From: an uncultured bacterium
GTDB taxonomy: Bacteria; Chloroflexota; UBA5177; JANWHV01
Direction: 5' to 3'
DNA: 64,000 nucleotides
NCBI GenBank assembly: GCA_963729625.1
Contig: CAVSOU010000011.1
Location: forward strand, 672,001-736,000
The translations under genes and the position numbers were made by a program. The notes beneath the pieces were generated by a model that saw only the letters and a program-made list of their open reading frames with translations, was not told where the DNA came from and searched no databases. This document shows positions 31,370-39,506 of the stretch, piece by piece; positions within the stretch are counted from its first letter, which is position 1; each line of letters starts with the position of its first letter.

Positions 31370-32584
31370 TCACGATCCCCCCGGTTGCTGCGGGTTCTTG
31401 AGCGTGAGGTTCCACGTTTCCTGCGTGGTGGCAGTGATGCCAGGAGCCGTGCTCGGGCTCGGCGGTGTGCTTCCGCTGAGGGTATAGGGGTTGTTCCGAT
31501 CCAGCTTGCCGCTGAGCTGCCTGTTCAAGACGGTCCAGGCTGTGGTGGTCGTCTTCTGCTCAGGCTCCAGCACCTTCTTGCACGGATGCTTAGAGAACCC
31601 GGTGTACTTCTCCTTTGAGATGTTCAGCGCCGGAAGCTCGCGGGCACCGACTTCGATCGTGTATCGCCCGACCTGGCGGTCGAGATTGATCGACACTGTG
31701 GCTCGCCATGAGTCGTGAACCCGCACCGAGGATGCCTTCTGAAGGGTGAATGTGAGGTTCCGCAGTCGGGAATTGCACGAATCCAGGAATCCTTGCACCT
31801 CGCTGTCCTGGGCGTCGAGTGTGGCCTCGTAGGTCGCCCGCCCGATCGGCTGGCCGACGTCGGTGCTCGATGACGTGAGGTGGCGCGGTGGGACGAACGA
31901 GATGCTCTCAAACACATTGCTGTCGATAGTGACCGTGCCCGCCCCGATGCCTTTGCCCGGCTTCGTCTCGGTACTGTGGGTCGTTTCGATGACGGTGATC
32001 ATGCCGACCCAGTATGGCTGGCAGAGGGCGGCGGATAGCTTGGCTACTGCTGAGTTTGCCAGGTCGAAGAGCGTGCCGGCGTTCTTGCTCTGCGCGACGG
32101 CCATACTCTTGTCCACGACCGTCGTCGTCGTCGCGTCCAGAACTATGACCGTGACCATGAGCCGGTCTCCCATGATCGCGTAGGAGCCGTACACGACGGT
32201 GCTGGAACCCAGGGCGTCCGCGACACTCCCGAGAACTGCACTTTCCTCCTCGGGAGTGCTGGCGTTGAGCAACGCCCGATCCTTGGAGAGCCCAATGACC
32301 CTGGCGAGTGTGTCCGAAGACGCGATGGTGGCGCACGGATACTTCTTCATCAGTCCGGCCTCAACGATGCCTTGGATCGCTTGGGCGATTCCCTGCTTGT
32401 AGGTTGCCTGCGCCATGCCGGGGCTGATCGTGCCTGTGAACGGCGCAATGTACACTTGGTCACGTCCGGCTTCCCCACCGGCAGCCGCCGCCTCGCCCGC
32501 GGCGGGCGCCCAGGGGTACATGACTACGGCGACGAAGATACAAACCAGGGAGCGGAGCCACGGATAGTGAGAGCGCAGCTTCAC
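31370..32584 (-). CDS. Secreted protein with CsgG/TolB-N-like alpha/beta domain
   Basis: GTG start with GAAGGGG RBS; signal peptide; VYIAPF..VADALGSSTVVYGSYAIMGDRLMVTVIVLDATT. Confidence 0.7.
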   Translation of the reverse strand: MKLRSHYPWLRSLVCIFVAVVMYPWAPAAGEAAAAGGEAGRDQVYIAPFTGTISPGMAQATYKQGIAQAIQGIVEAGLMKKYPCATIASSDTLARVIGLSKDRALLNASTPEEESAVLGSVADALGSSTVVYGSYAIMGDRLMVTVIVLDATTTTVVDKSMAVAQSKNAGTLFDLANSAVAKLSAALCQPYWVGMITVIETTHSTETKPGKGIGAGTVTIDSNVFESISFVPPRHLTSSSTDVGQPIGRATYEATLDAQDSEVQGFLDSCNSRLRNLTFTLQKASSVRVHDSWRATVSINLDRQVGRYTIEVGARELPALNISKEKYTGFSKHPCKKVLEPEQKTTTTAWTVLNRQLSGKLDRNNPYTLSGSTPPSPSTAPGITATTQETWNLTLKNPQQPGGS

Positions 32585-32751
32585 TGGCCATACCCCTTCT
32601 ATCGAGTTCTCAGGAGGGCCGGTGGCAGCGCCCGGAGCACCGCCGCCCACGACGACGCGCTCCATGGCTCGACACAACAAGAATAGCGCGCCACCGGCGT
32701 CCTTGCCTACTGGCTGCGTGCGCGCAGTCGCCTTTGCGCAAGTTGCAGCGC

Positions 32752-32844
32752 CAGTGGGAGCAGTGGTATCGCGTGCATGTCCCGCGGGCCGACGATCTCT
32801 ACGATGAACATCTGGCCACCCTGAAAGCGGAGGGACTGCTATGA
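32752..32844 (+). pseudogene. C-terminal remnant of a HigB/Gp49 (RelE-like) toxin
   Basis: QWEQWYRVHVPRADDLYDEHLATLKAEGLL*, with ATGA overlap into the XRE antitoxin. Confidence 0.7.
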
Positions 32845-33161
32845 GCGGGCACCGAAAGTGGAGTGATATTCGCGGTCCGCGTACGTCCGAGGAGGAGCCG
32901 CGCGTGGTGGCCGGCGTGGCAGCAACGCGCACGATCCTGCGCCTGGCGGAGCTACGGGCGGCACGAGGCGTAACGCAGAGTGCACTGAGCGGCGCGATGG
33001 CCGTCTCGCAGGCCCACATCTCCCAGCTGGAGCGGCGCGATGACCTCTACCTGTCCACGCTTGAGAGCTACGTCCGGGCCCCGGGCGGGGAGTTGCACGT
33101 GCGTGTCGTGTTTCCTGACCAGGAGGAGTACGACCTGCCGGTGCCCGCTGCAGCCTCGTGA
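32841..33161 (+). CDS. XRE-family (HigA-like) antitoxin/regulator
   Basis: LAELRAARGVTQ..SQLERRDDLYLSTLESYVRA.GGEL; RBS GGAGGG. Confidence 0.88.
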   Translation: MSGHRKWSDIRGPRTSEEEPRVVAGVAATRTILRLAELRAARGVTQSALSGAMAVSQAHISQLERRDDLYLSTLESYVRAPGGELHVRVVFPDQEEYDLPVPAAAS

Positions 33162-33269
33162 AGCGAGGCTCATGCGTCACGAGTAGCAACCGCCAGTGCC
33201 GCTGTCGCACCTGCCATGAGCGTCCAGTCTGGCGTAGCGGCGACGTCGACGATGGCCAGGGCACGTGCA
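32927..33269 (+). repeat. Inverted repeat arm 1 (343 bp)
   Basis: Aligns without gaps to the reverse complement of 35843-36185. Confidence 0.9.
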
Positions 33270-33397
33270 AGCGGTGCTATCACGTGTCGGTGTGGCCCGG
33301 CCGTCCCCTGGCCAAGCGAGCCAGGACGACCACGAGGGCATCGGCAACAGCGCTCTGGGAATTGGGGATGCAACTGGAGACAGAGCGGCTGTCCTAG
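33158..33397 (+). CDS. Small putative Zn-finger protein coupled to the antitoxin
   Basis: GTGA overlap; CRTC..CKRC; partly conserved in the second copy. Confidence 0.55.
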   Translation: MKRGSCVTSSNRQCRCRTCHERPVWRSGDVDDGQGTCKRCYHVSVWPGRPLAKRARTTTRASATALWELGMQLETERLS

Positions 33398-33766
33398 GAG
33401 GGCGACAGCGACGAAGCGACGCCATAGCTGCGCCAAGGTGAATGCGATATGCATGGCGTAGGCCGTTCCGGCGCGCTGGGCGGGCGAAATGCTGTCCAGG
33501 GACCCTCACGTTAGCTGCCCTGCGCTTTCTGCAAGCACCGGCCCTCGAGCGACCCACGCCGCTATGCGCTCGAGCACCGCAAGCTACTGGTGGCGGACGG
33601 CAAGGTGGGCACCGCCTTAGGGAATGTGGTCCAGCGGGTGGCGAACAACGCCTCGCGTTGGTGACGGTTGGACCGCGCGCAAGGTCCGTTCGGCCATCGG
33701 CCTTGACAGCGGCCTCGCGTAAAGTCGGAAGTAAAGGCTGGACGCGGTTCGGCCGAGGAGGACACC

Positions 33767-34282
33767 GTGATCATTCTGTCTGCCCTGACTCGCTCAGTTA
33801 TCCTGGCCGTTCTGGCCTCCATGCTGATCGCGGGTATGCCGATGGTCGCCGGCGCTGGTGCTGCACGATCCGCGAGCACAACCTCGGCGGCTGTGAGTTC
33901 GGGGCCCGTCTTCGTGGTGGGCCGGGAAGGTGGCCACACCCCGCCCATGGTCATGACGATAGACGACACCGGTGCCGTCGCCGTCACCAGCGGCAAACCC
34001 GCGCATACCTGGCGGCCACGCGGCCACCTGTCCCAGGACGCGCGCGACGGCCTGCTGAAGCTGGCGCAGGCCGAGGGCTTCTTCGCGCTGCCAGCAACGA
34101 TCACTGCCGCAGGGCTCGCCAACGGCCCAACCCGGTTTATCAGCATCCGAAGCGGCACGCGGGTCACGCGCGTGACGGTGCGGTTGGCGCGCAACCGCGC
34201 CTTCGACCAGCTCTACGCCGTATTACTGGCCGCAGCAGACGTGGTCGGTGACGCGCCGCCCGGCCAGATGGAGAGCGAGTAG
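33767..34282 (+). CDS. Secreted hypothetical protein
   Basis: RBS GAGGAGG; signal peptide. Confidence 0.7.
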   Translation: MIILSALTRSVILAVLASMLIAGMPMVAGAGAARSASTTSAAVSSGPVFVVGREGGHTPPMVMTIDDTGAVAVTSGKPAHTWRPRGHLSQDARDGLLKLAQAEGFFALPATITAAGLANGPTRFISIRSGTRVTRVTVRLARNRAFDQLYAVLLAAADVVGDAPPGQMESE

Positions 34283-34438
34283 CGGTCGCCGTGGTCCCCC
34301 CTGTATGAGAATTCTTGCCTCCGTGACGCCCTGCGCCAGGCCGGTGAGAAGGCCGAGTCGCCCCGCACAGTCACTTGCGCTGCTGCTCTCCAGGCCTTGC
34401 CGGGCTTGAGGAGTTTCAAACCTGCGCGTGACCCTTGA

Positions 34439-34469
34439 TCATCAAGCCATCATGGACGGTCTGTACGAT
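34439..34469 (+). promoter_or_regulatory. TCAT-box promoter (doxX-Rieske)
   Basis: TCATC (34439), TCATG (34450), 9 nt, TACGAT. Confidence 0.65.
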
Positions 34470-34536
34470 TGGAAGCAGGAATGCGCCGTCTGTCAGTGCG
34501 TACGAGACGGCCACAAGTCATGGAAAGCATAGTGCG

Positions 34537-35640
34537 ATGAAGCTTGATACCGAGCGAATCCTGGCGCGCCTTCCGACCGTCCTCGGCGTTCGGCGTGACC
34601 CGGGCAAGATGTCGTCCCTGGTGATGCTGCCGCTGCGACTGTTCTTTGGCGCGACCTTTGTCTACGCGGGCCTGCAGAAGCTCACCGACCCGCAGTTCTT
34701 CAGCCCGACTGCCCCTGGATTCATCGGCCACCAGATGAGCGGGTTTGTGCGTGCCGGATCGCCACTGTCAGGCCTGATCAACACTATCGCCCTTCCCCAT
34801 GCCAAAGAGTTTGGCGCGCTGATCGCGTTCTGCGAGGTGTGGATTGGCCTGTCCGCTCTCTTCGGCCTGCTCACCCGCTTCGGAGCCCTGGGAGGCCTTG
34901 CCACCAGTCTCACCTTCTACCTGACGGCCACCTGGTCCACGCATCCGTACTTCCTCGGCGCCGATCTCCCCTATGCATTTGGATGGCTAACCCTGGCGCT
35001 TGCGGGACCCGATGCCCTGACCCTCGACAACTACTTCTTTAGCGTGGCTCGCATGCAGGCGATCGAGACCACACGCTTACAACAACGAGGCCGGCGGCGG
35101 TCCCTTGTCGGCACGCCCTCAATGCCCACCATGGTCCCACGCAAGGCCGCGCTGCGCGGACTGGGAACCGCCGCCGGCCTCGTCGTTGGTGGCGGGATTG
35201 TGGGCGCCATTGCCAGAGCCCTGACGCCAAACAGCTCATCGGCAGGGGCGGCGGCGATTCCCACTGTCACGGGCTCGGGAGCAGCTGCCACGAGTTCGGC
35301 TACACCTGCCGGCAGCGGTGCGCAGCCGGGTCAGACCCTTCTGGGCAGCGTCAAGTCGCTGGCGGTGAACAGCGCGGCCTCGTACACCGATCCAAAGTCC
35401 GGCGATCCGGCGCTGCTCATTCACCTGCCTGACGGCAAGTTCGTCGCGTTCGATGCGGTCTGCACGCATGCCGGGTGCACGGTGCAGTACGACCCGACGC
35501 AGCAGCAAATCATCTGCCCGTGTCATGGCGCTGCGTATGATCCTAACCACGCGGCTGCGGTGATTAACGGCCCCGCGCAGCAGCCGCTCACGGTGCTGAA
35601 CGTCAAGGTGGATGCCCAGGGGAACGCCTACGCACTCTGA
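34537..35640 (+). CDS. DoxX/TQO small subunit (DoxD)-Rieske [2Fe-2S] fusion
   Basis: LPLRLFFGATFVYAGLQKLTDP.FF; TM helices; internal Tat-like PRKAALR; CTHAGC...CPCHG. Confidence 0.92.
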   Translation: MKLDTERILARLPTVLGVRRDPGKMSSLVMLPLRLFFGATFVYAGLQKLTDPQFFSPTAPGFIGHQMSGFVRAGSPLSGLINTIALPHAKEFGALIAFCEVWIGLSALFGLLTRFGALGGLATSLTFYLTATWSTHPYFLGADLPYAFGWLTLALAGPDALTLDNYFFSVARMQAIETTRLQQRGRRRSLVGTPSMPTMVPRKAALRGLGTAAGLVVGGGIVGAIARALTPNSSSAGAAAIPTVTGSGAAATSSATPAGSGAQPGQTLLGSVKSLAVNSAASYTDPKSGDPALLIHLPDGKFVAFDAVCTHAGCTVQYDPTQQQIICPCHGAAYDPNHAAAVINGPAQQPLTVLNVKVDAQGNAYAL

Positions 35641-35842
35641 CTCGGCGCCTGCTACCCCTGCGTGGAGAACACCACACCAAGACGTAGGGTCGACATGTCG
35701 TCGCTATACCGCGCGCTCCCTACTTGGATGAACTCGTGCCTGACGACCCGCTCGTTGAACCGGCCGTGGGCTGAGCCCCTGCGGCGAGCTGCCCGCTGCT
35801 ACCGGTGCCGCTCGAGCACGTCCCTGTCGAAGGCCCGCTGGC

Positions 35843-36185
35843 TGCAGGTGCCCTGGGCGTCGTTGACGTCGCCGCCACGCCAGACCGGGCGCTTGCGGCA
35901 GATGCGACAACGGCGCTGGCGGTTGCCACTCGTGGTGCGCCAGCCTCCCGTCACGAGGCAGCGTCGGGCACCGGCAGGTCGTACTCCTCATGGTCGGGAA
36001 ACACCACACGCACGTGCAACTCCCCGCCCAGGGCCCGGACGTAGCTCTCCAGCGTGGACAGGTAGAGGTCATCCCGCCGCTCTAGCTGGGAGATGTGGGC
36101 CTGCGAGACGGCCATCGCGCCGCTCAGTGCACTCTGCGTTACGCCCCGTGCTGCCCGTAGCTCCGCGAGGCGCAGAATGGTGCGC
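35843..36185 (-). repeat. Inverted repeat arm 2 (5'-truncated XRE antitoxin plus truncated Zn-finger gene)
   Basis: RTILRLAELRAARG...PDAAS* then MTGGWRTTSGNRQRRCRICRKRPVWRGGDVNDAQGTC. Confidence 0.9.
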
Positions 36186-36213
36186 CCATGCATCACTATG
36201 CGGTGGCCCCAAA

Positions 36214-36305
36214 GGTCTGACATCGCTCACCCATGCCACGACGTCACGAGGCAACTTCCGGTCTGACGTCACTCACCCCTGCCACGACGTCACGAGGCAA
36301 CTTCC
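36214..36305. repeat. 46-bp tandem duplication spanning the CDF stop codon
   Basis: GGTCTGACRTCRCTCACCCMTGCCACGACGTCACGAGGCAACTTCC x2 (36214, 36260); 3 mismatches. Confidence 0.9.
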
Positions 36306-37711
36306 GGTGGGATCTCCGAACCGTCATCGCGCGGCACCGCCTGGATCAGGACGTGATGCAGCCCGGGCACGGCAGCGTGCAGTGCACGCTCGATATCCTC
36401 CGTCCGTTCATGTACGTTGGACATGCCGAGGTCTCCGGGAAACACTACGCGGACCACCAGGTCGAACGCCGGATCGTCGACCGGAGAACCAGCGACGGCG
36501 GGCTGACCCCCTGGGGGAAGCCGACCGTACACCTGTACGTTACGGCATGCGCCGGGAAGGAGCAGACGCTCGACGATGGTACGGACGTGATGCACGATGT
36601 CAGGATGTGCCACGGTGCTGTCGCGACGTCCGGCCAGAGTAGGCGCGAGCGCCTCGAGATGGATATTGAGCGCGCGCAGGCCAGGTATCGTGGCCAGCGC
36701 AGTCGCGTTCAGGCGTGCGACGCGTGCCTGGCCTTGAGCGAGCGAGAGGCTCGGGTCTACTTCCACATGCACATCGGCGTCGAGCGCACCATCGCCGACT
36801 TGCCGCACACGTACATCGTGGACCTGCAGGCCTTCGGCCCGCGCCAGATGCCGGATGGTGTCATCGAGGGGCTCGCCGGAGGCCGCCGCTGGTTCCATCT
36901 TCAGAACCACGTCAATCTCAGCTTCCGGCACAGATGCCCGGATGGCCGCCTCTACGGCCTCAGTTATGGCATGCGCTCCGGAGAAGGTCTCCGTGCGCTG
37001 GATTTGGATGACCAGATCCGCGAACAGCTTATTGCCGACACGGCGAAGGCGCGGCGGCGAGGCGGCAACGACGCCGGGGACCGCGCGCGCCGCGAGGGTG
37101 ATGCGGTCGACGAGCGCCTCGGGAGCCCTATCGAGCAGCGCGTCGACGGTCTCTCGGACCATCCGTCCTCCCACGAAGATGACCACGCCGCACACGCCCA
37201 GGGCGCCAACGGCGTCCGCTCGCTCCCATGCTCCCGCCCAGCCGGTCCATTGCCCGATGCGCACAGCCAGGAGGCCGAAGAGGACCACCAACGAACTCCA
37301 GATGTCAGTGCTGAAGTGCAGCGCATCGGCTTCCAGCGCCTGACTGTGCTGCATACGCGCCGCTTTGCGCAGCGACCGCGACCGCCCGATATCCGTCACG
37401 ATCGACACCGCCATTACCGCGAACGCCCATACACTGGCATCCACATATACGACCTTGTCCAGCAAGCGAGTGATCGCCTCATAGCCGACCCACACGGCCG
37501 TGAGCAACAGGAGCCCAGCCTCCAGAAAGGCGGACAGGTTCTCGACTTTGCCGTGGCCATACGGATGGGCACGGTCGGCGGGACGATCGGATAGCCGAAC
37601 CGCGAAGAGCGTCATGAGGGCCGCGACCAGGTCGAGCCCCGAATGGGCCGCCTCAGCCAGGATGCCCAGTGAGCCTGTTGCCAGTCCAACGATCAACTTG
37701 AGGACGGTCAA
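36290..37711 (-). CDS. Cation diffusion facilitator (FieF-like) with three C-terminal dimerisation domains
   Basis: AEAAHSGLD, HPYGHGKVEN, ALEADALHFSTD. The open frame extends to ~37830 without an in-frame start, so the 5' end may be frameshifted. Confidence 0.92.
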   Translation of the reverse strand: MTVLKLIVGLATGSLGILAEAAHSGLDLVAALMTLFAVRLSDRPADRAHPYGHGKVENLSAFLEAGLLLLTAVWVGYEAITRLLDKVVYVDASVWAFAVMAVSIVTDIGRSRSLRKAARMQHSQALEADALHFSTDIWSSLVVLFGLLAVRIGQWTGWAGAWERADAVGALGVCGVVIFVGGRMVRETVDALLDRAPEALVDRITLAARAVPGVVAASPPRLRRVGNKLFADLVIQIQRTETFSGAHAITEAVEAAIRASVPEAEIDVVLKMEPAAASGEPLDDTIRHLARAEGLQVHDVRVRQVGDGALDADVHVEVDPSLSLAQGQARVARLNATALATIPGLRALNIHLEALAPTLAGRRDSTVAHPDIVHHVRTIVERLLLPGACRNVQVYGRLPPGGQPAVAGSPVDDPAFDLVVRVVFPGDLGMSNVHERTEDIERALHAAVPGLHHVLIQAVPRDDGSEIPPEVAS

Positions 37712-37893
37712 TCCGAGGCCAGCCAGGACCGACGTCGCCGCGGCAACCTGCTTCGCGTGCGCTCTGGCAGTGAGAGATCCGAGATCGATTGCCGTGGCAT
37801 CCCTCTCTTGCTGGACGTATCGGCTGCAGGCCTACGGGTGCTGTGCGCCCGTCAGGCTCAGTGTAGGGGATGTCCAACCTAGCTACGTGGTTG

Positions 37894-38280
37894 CTACTTA
37901 ATAGTGAAAGGCACATACCCTCCGGCATGGTGCCCATCGTTGGCGGAGATGGTGACCCACAGGAGATTGTAGGATCCCTTTGCCAACGCGGGCACGCTGA
38001 CCGTCATCTGCATGGCGTTGGAAAACGAGACCGCGCTGTTCTGACTGTCGACCTCGCCCTTGTCGCCCGTGGCTTGGAAGACGCCGATGAAACTGCCTTG
38101 GGGGTTGACGCCCTCGACGAATGTGCAGGTAATCGTTTTTGGCGTGGCGGTCAGGTGAGCGCCGGCGGCGACGGTGCATTTCGCCAGCGTGGCGTGTGCC
38201 TGCACCACGTGGGGCAGTACGGCATATGTACCTATCACAAGCCCCAGCACCGCGAGTACACGAGTAGCGCGAGAAACCAT
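37894..38280 (-). CDS. copC: Copper resistance protein CopC
   Basis: Signal peptide ending VQA-HATL (N-terminal His); W...S.NDGH motif. Confidence 0.88.
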   Translation of the reverse strand: MVSRATRVLAVLGLVIGTYAVLPHVVQAHATLAKCTVAAGAHLTATPKTITCTFVEGVNPQGSFIGVFQATGDKGEVDSQNSAVSFSNAMQMTVSVPALAKGSYNLLWVTISANDGHHAGGYVPFTIK

Positions 38281-38386
38281 GGGAGTCCTACCTTTCAACG
38301 CAACTATCGCGTCATAGGTTTGTTGGCACCTGCCGCCGATTGCGCCACTGGTCGCATGCCTCTGCGAGGATCCGACGTCGAACGTC

Positions 38387-38563
38387 TCATCGAGGCTGGA
38401 GAGCATGTGTGTGTCGCACTCGGCACATAGGGCAATGTGCGCGTAGATCGGCCATTCCCCGCCGTGCGCCGCACACCTTGCGCAGCGGGCCTGACGCCCG
38501 GCAGCATCACAACGTGCACCTGGCGCGCTCTGCGAAGCGGCGATTCGTGCTCTTCAACTCCAT
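38387..38563 (-). CDS. Cys/His-rich micro-ORF with in-frame TGA (CxxU?) or pseudogene
   Basis: AAAAGGAG RBS; MELKSTNRRFAERARCTL*CCRASGPLRKVCGARRGMADLRAHCPMCRVRHTHALQPR*. Confidence 0.4.
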
Positions 38564-38616
38564 CGTCTGTGGCTCCTTTTCTGTCTATTGAGCGCATTCG
38601 GACTCATCTGTTATCC

Positions 38617-38647
38617 ACTGTAGAGGCTGAAAATGACGATGAGGTGA
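38617..38647 (-). promoter_or_regulatory. TCAT-box promoter (micro-ORF, copC, CDF)
   Basis: Minus strand: TCACC, TCATT 11 bp later, 9 nt, TACAGT. Confidence 0.6.
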
Positions 38648-39022
38648 TGAGGGGTAGGTTGCTACGCGAACCATTATCTAACCGTAATCTACGCACATCG
38701 GGTTCATCTTGCGCCACAGTCGGATCTCTGCCTGGAATGCGGGGCGACACAGGAGCTGCCGGCTATCGAGATAGAGGATCTGCGAGCACGCCTGCACAAT
38801 CGATACGGCTTTGAGGCGTGTATCGAACACTACGCTATCTCAGGTCACGGCAGCGCACGGTTCGGTCGCCTAACTGCGTCTGACAATCGTGGTGAGCAAC
38901 GCTGAAATCGTGCGGTCGCGCGGACGCCAGGTGTCCGGCGTGATCCCGCTCATATGGGGCGTAGTGACGCTCGAGCAGGGGCTGCGTATGACCGTCGGAC
39001 AGGCCAAACCGCTGGTGAGCGC

Positions 39023-39394
39023 TCACACCCCGCCCGGTGCGGCGAGCTGGGGACTGCTACCGCTCGCGGCGTTGGCGTTTGCACGCTCCCTGACCGAGGC
39101 GGATGAGGTGGCGGCGCGAAGACGCTGAGGAAGCCTATCCCGCAGCGCGTCGCGAGCCGTCAGGATCAGCACGAGAACCGTTGACGTGTCGGCGCGAAGC
39201 TGCCGCACAAGCTCCAGCACGTCAACGCCCGGCAGCATGACATCGACGATCAGTGCGTCATGGTCTTGAGTCTGCGCCATATCCAGACCGTCGTTTCCAT
39301 CATAGACCACATCGACGGTGTGCCGCTGGTGCATGAGGCCGCGCCCCAGGAGATTGGCGACCGCCATGTCATCCTCTACCAGCAGGGCGCGCAT
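39023..39394 (-). pseudogene. OmpR-family response regulator, truncated (receiver only)
   Basis: MRALLVEDD..DVMLPG..ILTARDALRDR, then homology is lost (~39135). No KPF motif or wHTH. Confidence 0.85.
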
Positions 39395-39418
39395 AGAGGA
39401 CCTTCAATCTCTTGACCG

Positions 39419-39460
39419 AGAATAGCGAAGCGACATGATGATCACATGGCAGTATGGTGA
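39419..39460 (-). promoter_or_regulatory. TCAT-box promoter (response regulator)
   Basis: Minus strand: TCACC/CCATG/TCATG at 11-bp period, 9 nt, TATTCT. Confidence 0.6.
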
Positions 39461-39506
39461 TTCTTCCGGAGCAGCGAGATCACACTGTGGTCAAAGACAA
39501 ATCAAA

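Noticed and set aside
36214-36305. Possible CRISPR or mini-array
   Set aside because: Two adjacent copies with no spacer; no cas genes.
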